64,000 nucleotides of DNA from Solirubrobacteraceae bacterium (GTDB taxonomy: Bacteria > Actinomycetota > Thermoleophilia > Solirubrobacterales > Solirubrobacteraceae): positions 1,190-65,189 of the forward strand of contig DATBYJ010000121.1 of assembly GCA_036513795.1 (NCBI GenBank), in the 5' to 3' direction. A program made the translations under genes and the position numbers. Shown one piece after another: positions 60,627-64,000 of the stretch (positions are counted from its first letter, which is position 1; each line of letters opens with the position of its first letter). The notes below the pieces were generated by a model. That model was not told where the DNA came from. It searched no databases and saw nothing but the letters and a program-made list of their open reading frames with translations.

Positions 60627-60857
60627 CTACAATCCCGCGCGCTGAAACAGCTCTGTGGCAGACACATCGAGCCCGGTGGCTATAGCCATGATCTTGTCCA
60701 CCGTGACGTTGAACTCACCCCGCTCGATAGCTCCGTAATAGCTGCGGTCGATCCCAGTCTTCGAAGCGAACGATTCCTGCGTGTGGCCCTGCTGCTTACG
60801 CACCGCCTTGATGGCGCCGCCAAGCGCCTGGTTAGCCGCGGACTTCTTGGATGGCAT
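60627..60857 (-). CDS. XRE family HTH protein (76 aa, paralog)
   Basis: TQESFASKTGIDRSYYGAIERGEFNVTV. Confidence 0.9.
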   Translation of the reverse strand: MPSKKSAANQALGGAIKAVRKQQGHTQESFASKTGIDRSYYGAIERGEFNVTVDKIMAIATGLDVSATELFQRAGL

Positions 60858-60991
60858 CGGGCCATCCTGTCTTACTGGCGCGCCCTGTTCCACCGACTAA
60901 ACTTCCACCGTGTATAGTTCCCCATGAGGATGGTGACGCCAATCCCACGGTTCGCCCATGCCATACGCGAGAGGAGACGGCCCTCGCCCCC

Positions 60992-61210
60992 ATGCAGAGC
61001 ACAGAGTATTTGGTGGTCCTGGAGGTTGTGGGGCGTGTCCGCGGCCGTGAGCTGGAGCGCATGTACCGAGCCCTCCGCCTCACGCCCGCTGAAGTCGATG
61101 CAGCGATCACGAGCCTCGAGCAGGCCGGCGTCATCGCGGTCAAAGGCGCGCGCGTCCACGGCTCACCAGCGCTCAAGCGACTAAATGACCTCGGCCTGAT
61201 CGGGGTTTGA
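60992..61210 (+). CDS. Small winged-helix-like hypothetical protein
   Basis: EVDAAITSLEQAGVI; divergent from the XRE genes; coupled to the next ORF. Confidence 0.6.
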   Translation: MQSTEYLVVLEVVGRVRGRELERMYRALRLTPAEVDAAITSLEQAGVIAVKGARVHGSPALKRLNDLGLIGV

Positions 61211-61425
61211 GCAGCATGCCAGTGCGCACTATGACCCCAGCTGAGATCGCAGCGATCCGCCAGCTGGAAGCCGCCGAGAGCGCCGTGAACGAAGCCGTGC
61301 TGGCGCGCGAAGCCGCGCGCGAACGCCTGACCGACATCATGCGCCGCGAACGTCGCCGCGAGCAAGCCAGAGAGCACCCTCAGGTGCATTTACAGCTGGT
61401 TGCCGGGGCCGGCGCAGGGCGGTAG
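61207..61425 (+). CDS. Small coiled-coil hypothetical protein
   Basis: TTGA overlap with the previous gene; helical charged sequence. Confidence 0.5.
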   Translation: MSSMPVRTMTPAEIAAIRQLEAAESAVNEAVLAREAARERLTDIMRRERRREQAREHPQVHLQLVAGAGAGR

Positions 61426-61431
61426 CGTTGA

Positions 61432-62019
61432 TCAGATCGCGGTGTGGCCGGGCGGAGTCGCATCCTTGAGTGCTAGGTCGACCTCGCGAGCCCGATGTCG
61501 CAGATCGGGATCGGCCAGAAAAGCGTCCACAAGCCCTCGCGGCCCGCCGATGCACGTCCAGTCATCGTCCCACAACGTCGAGACCAGCCAGGAGCGATCG
61601 GCCGGAGACATCAGATCCGGCAAGGGACCATTCCAATGCTCACGCTCACGCCAGACCGCTGCCTGCTCCGCGCCAGCCTCGACCAGCACGTACCACGCGT
61701 CAGTGGGGCCTGGCCTCACCTTCCGCACGTCGTAGAAAACGACGTCCGCGCCGCCTGTGTCGAGATAGCCAATCCACCACGGCTGCGCTACGGAACTCTC
61801 TCTGAGCACCGCAAGCACACCAGCGTCGTGACGATCCGGATCCTCCAACGGCGACGATGAGCTGTGATCACCGCTGCCGGGAAACTCCAGCGTGGCGTAG
61901 GCCTCGAACACCGGAGGGATTGCAGACATGATCGCAAGCGAGACCTCGGCGTTCTCCCGAATCCACGCGACCTCAGCTTCCCCACCGATGCGCCGTCCGT
62001 TGGCGCTGAGCGTCGTCAC
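61432..62019 (-). CDS. Hypothetical protein (N-terminus possibly lost at the relaxase junction)
   Basis: SAIPPVFEAYAT, WWIGYLDTG, LPDLMSPADRSWLVSTLWDDDWTCIGG. Confidence 0.7.
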   Translation of the reverse strand: MTTLSANGRRIGGEAEVAWIRENAEVSLAIMSAIPPVFEAYATLEFPGSGDHSSSSPLEDPDRHDAGVLAVLRESSVAQPWWIGYLDTGGADVVFYDVRKVRPGPTDAWYVLVEAGAEQAAVWREREHWNGPLPDLMSPADRSWLVSTLWDDDWTCIGGPRGLVDAFLADPDLRHRAREVDLALKDATPPGHTAI

Positions 62020-62353
62020 CGAGTGCCCAGGTCACGGACACGGACTTGGGCGCGCTGAATGTCACGTCGATGCCGCCGCCCCGGCTGCCGTCCGCGCCGG
62101 CTCGTCGCAGCCAGCGGCCGTTGCGCGGGCGTCGCCCCTCCATCATCGCGATGAAGTCCCGTCCCTCGACTGTGTTGGCCTCGATGCCGAGTTGCGCGAG
62201 GATGTCGACGGACGCGAGCCACCGGCCCTGCGCCTGCACCGGCTCGTCGCCGGGCGTCAGGTAGTAGTCGCCGCGCTCGGGCTCGATCGTCTTGCCCTCC
62301 AGATAGCGGGCGTACCCGCCGCCCTTCGCGGCGCCGATGCTGGATGTGGTCAT
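61973..62353 (-). pseudogene. Truncated MobF (TrwC-family) relaxase
   Basis: GDYY, GRW, DVTFSAPKSVSV; stops before the HUH motif and helicase domain. Confidence 0.85.
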
Positions 62354-62553
62354 CACTGGGGGTATTGACCCCAACCCCCGCCGACCGGCCAACAAATTTC
62401 TGGGGCGGTGTTCGCGATGCCGATCCATGAACACGACCGACCGCGGGCGGCCAGTGCTTTCCCGGCGAAACAGCGCCCGCACAGCGATGGCACACTTGTG
62501 CATCACGTCTGGTCGAGCCGTTGGCGCTGTGCGCCGTCGGCCGAGCGGCGCGC

Positions 62554-62943
62554 TCAGGTGGCGGCGATTAGGACCGTGTAGCCGTCGCCGTGGAACGAGG
62601 CGAGGGCGTTGCGCCGTGCGCGACTGCTGATGAGCTGCGGCTCGCGTCCGCTGGGTGTGATGTCGAGCGCGAGCTCGATCCCGAGCGTCTTGGAGAGGCG
62701 CAGCAGGGTTGGGAAGGTCGGGTTGTGCTCGCCGCTCTCAAGCCGCGCGATGGCTGGCTGGCTCATCTCCAACCGCCTCGCAAGCCGGGTCTGGCTGAGG
62801 CGGTGCTCGGCGCGATAGGCAATCACCTTCACCGCCACTGCGCGGGCAAGCGCCGTGCGCTCCCACTCGCGGCGGTACTCGGGATCGGCGTCGAGGTGCG
62901 CAGCCAGCATATCCTCGTGGGTGGGCAGATCGGCGAGCCTCAC
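62554..62943 (-). CDS. HigA-like XRE antitoxin
   Basis: DPEYRREWE...LSQTRLARRLEMSQPAIARLESGEHNPTFPTL. Confidence 0.85.
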   Translation of the reverse strand: MRLADLPTHEDMLAAHLDADPEYRREWERTALARAVAVKVIAYRAEHRLSQTRLARRLEMSQPAIARLESGEHNPTFPTLLRLSKTLGIELALDITPSGREPQLISSRARRNALASFHGDGYTVLIAAT

Positions 62944-62998
62944 GACCTGGCGATCTATATCAAACTTGTGATGCCAGGTCGAATACTGCCGTCGCGCC

Positions 62999-63241
62999 TC
63001 AGTGTGTTGCGCGGGAGCGCCGGACGGCGGCTGCCACATCGGGCATCGGCTCGCCCGTGAGCGTCGTTCCCCATCCCTCCGGCAGCACCGCGATCTCAGA
63101 CTCACCTTCCTCGCCAACCTCGACGCGAGCCTGAGCGCCGCTGCTCGCTCCGAACTCTGCGCCCAGCAGCCGCAAAGCGTGCTCCGCCTGGCGGTCGGTC
63201 AGCGTGTCCACGAGCCGATGCAGACGCTCCTTTGTCGTCAT
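62999..63241 (-). CDS. Small antitoxin-like hypothetical protein
   Basis: MTTKERLHRLVDTL N-terminal pattern, acidic C-terminal half. Confidence 0.6.
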   Translation of the reverse strand: MTTKERLHRLVDTLTDRQAEHALRLLGAEFGASSGAQARVEVGEEGESEIAVLPEGWGTTLTGEPMPDVAAAVRRSRATH

Positions 63242-63320
63242 ATGCAGATCGTACGGCCGACGGCGACCTGTTGACGACCGTCCCTTGGATCGGTCGTCAC
63301 GACATGCGACACTAGGCGCG

Positions 63321-63518
63321 ATGGAGCCGACGCACGTAACACTCAGCGGCGATTTGTCGGGCGACTATGTGGTCGAGGACCGCCGGCCTGACGGCCGGGT
63401 CGTCCTGCGCCCCGACCTGAGCGTGAAAGCGATGCTCGCCCGCCACGGCGAGCGCGAGCTGACACCTGAGGAGTTCAAGCAGCACTTCGGGGACCTGCCC
63501 ACCGACGGCGAGGGCTGA
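63321..63518 (+). CDS. Small putative antitoxin (65 aa)
   Basis: GDYVVEDRRPDGRVVLRPD...LTPEEFKQHFG; overlaps a downstream toxin-like frame. Confidence 0.65.
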   Translation: MEPTHVTLSGDLSGDYVVEDRRPDGRVVLRPDLSVKAMLARHGERELTPEEFKQHFGDLPTDGEG

Positions 63519-63900
63519 GCGTGCCGGACACACCGGCCGGCCCGATCTTCCGGTCGTCTTCGACGAGTCCGCAATCGCCGAAGACCTCGCACACCATCCT
63601 CCCGTCGCGCGCCACGCACTCGAACTGTTACGCCGCGAGCTCGACCGCGACGGAGGTATCCCCGCCGCTCGGCTCAAACGCTGCGAAGACGAAGGACGCG
63701 ACGGCACCAAGCTGCCCAACTGCTTGAAGACCTACGTGCCGTGGCCCACCGGACAGTTCGGGCTGGTCATGCTGCCCGTCACTCACCCCACCCGCCGCCT
63801 TGCCCTGCGCGCATTCGCGTTCGGCGTACGTCATCCAGCCGGTCTGAAGCCAAGCGTGTACCAGCTCGCCGACAAACGGCGAAACGCTGCAAGCGCTTGA
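63505..63900 (+). CDS. RelE-like toxin candidate lacking a canonical start (absent from the ORF track)
   Basis: Open frame LPVVFDESAIAEDL...GRDGTKLPNCLKTYVPWP...AFGVRHP...SVYQLADKR*; ACG at 63505 is the only start-like codon before the body. Confidence 0.6.
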   Translation, partial: TARAERAGHTGRPDLPVVFDESAIAEDLAHHPPVARHALELLRRELDRDGGIPAARLKRCEDEGRDGTKLPNCLKTYVPWPTGQFGLVMLPVTHPTRRLALRAFAFGVRHPAGLKPSVYQLADKRRNAASA

Positions 63901-64000
63901 CACGATCCGCGGTTCGGCGCGAGTCAGGCCCCGGAGTTGGGGATCAACGCAGATAGGCGGACGCCGATCCCGTCCGCCAACGCGCACATCACGTCGAACG

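Overview
High-GC actinobacterial DNA. The gene repertoire, especially the many secreted proteins with basic C-terminal tails, suggests Solirubrobacterales/Thermoleophilia (inference). Layout: (1) 1-4.7 kb: accessory patch with a retropepsin pair, a nucleosidase-like gene, a frameshifted secreted protein and toxin-antitoxin debris. (2) 4.7-9.2 kb: Dyp peroxidase, a cupredoxin lipoprotein and two cupredoxin-like paralogs lacking copper ligands, with a repeated ECF-like promoter motif. (3) 9.3-22.9 kb: catabolic and housekeeping genes, including a gamma-glutamylation (GlnA-like) amine catabolism cluster and an orphan YrbE/MlaE pair. (4) 22.9-46.9 kb, the best candidate for an undescribed system: a putative terpenoid cluster with a DUF2600/YtpB-type terpene synthase, three related P450s, a phytoene/squalene synthase, two MacB/FtsX-type ABC exporters with three ATPases (one degenerate), divergent LmbU and PadR regulators, two large secreted proteins sharing an inserted module, and paralogous dirigent-like secreted proteins near both ends. 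(5) A 1.5 kb integrase-less toxin-antitoxin islet bounded by tRNA-His repeats. (6) 48.5-60.1 kb: core-like genes (methyltransferase, MFS-MarR fusion, tRNA-Arg, DsbA-VKOR, GGDEF with degenerate EAL, rpiA, cysteine dioxygenase). (7) 60.2-64 kb: decayed mobile region with XRE genes, a truncated MobF relaxase and toxin-antitoxin modules. All family calls come from motif recognition by eye; no database searches were run.
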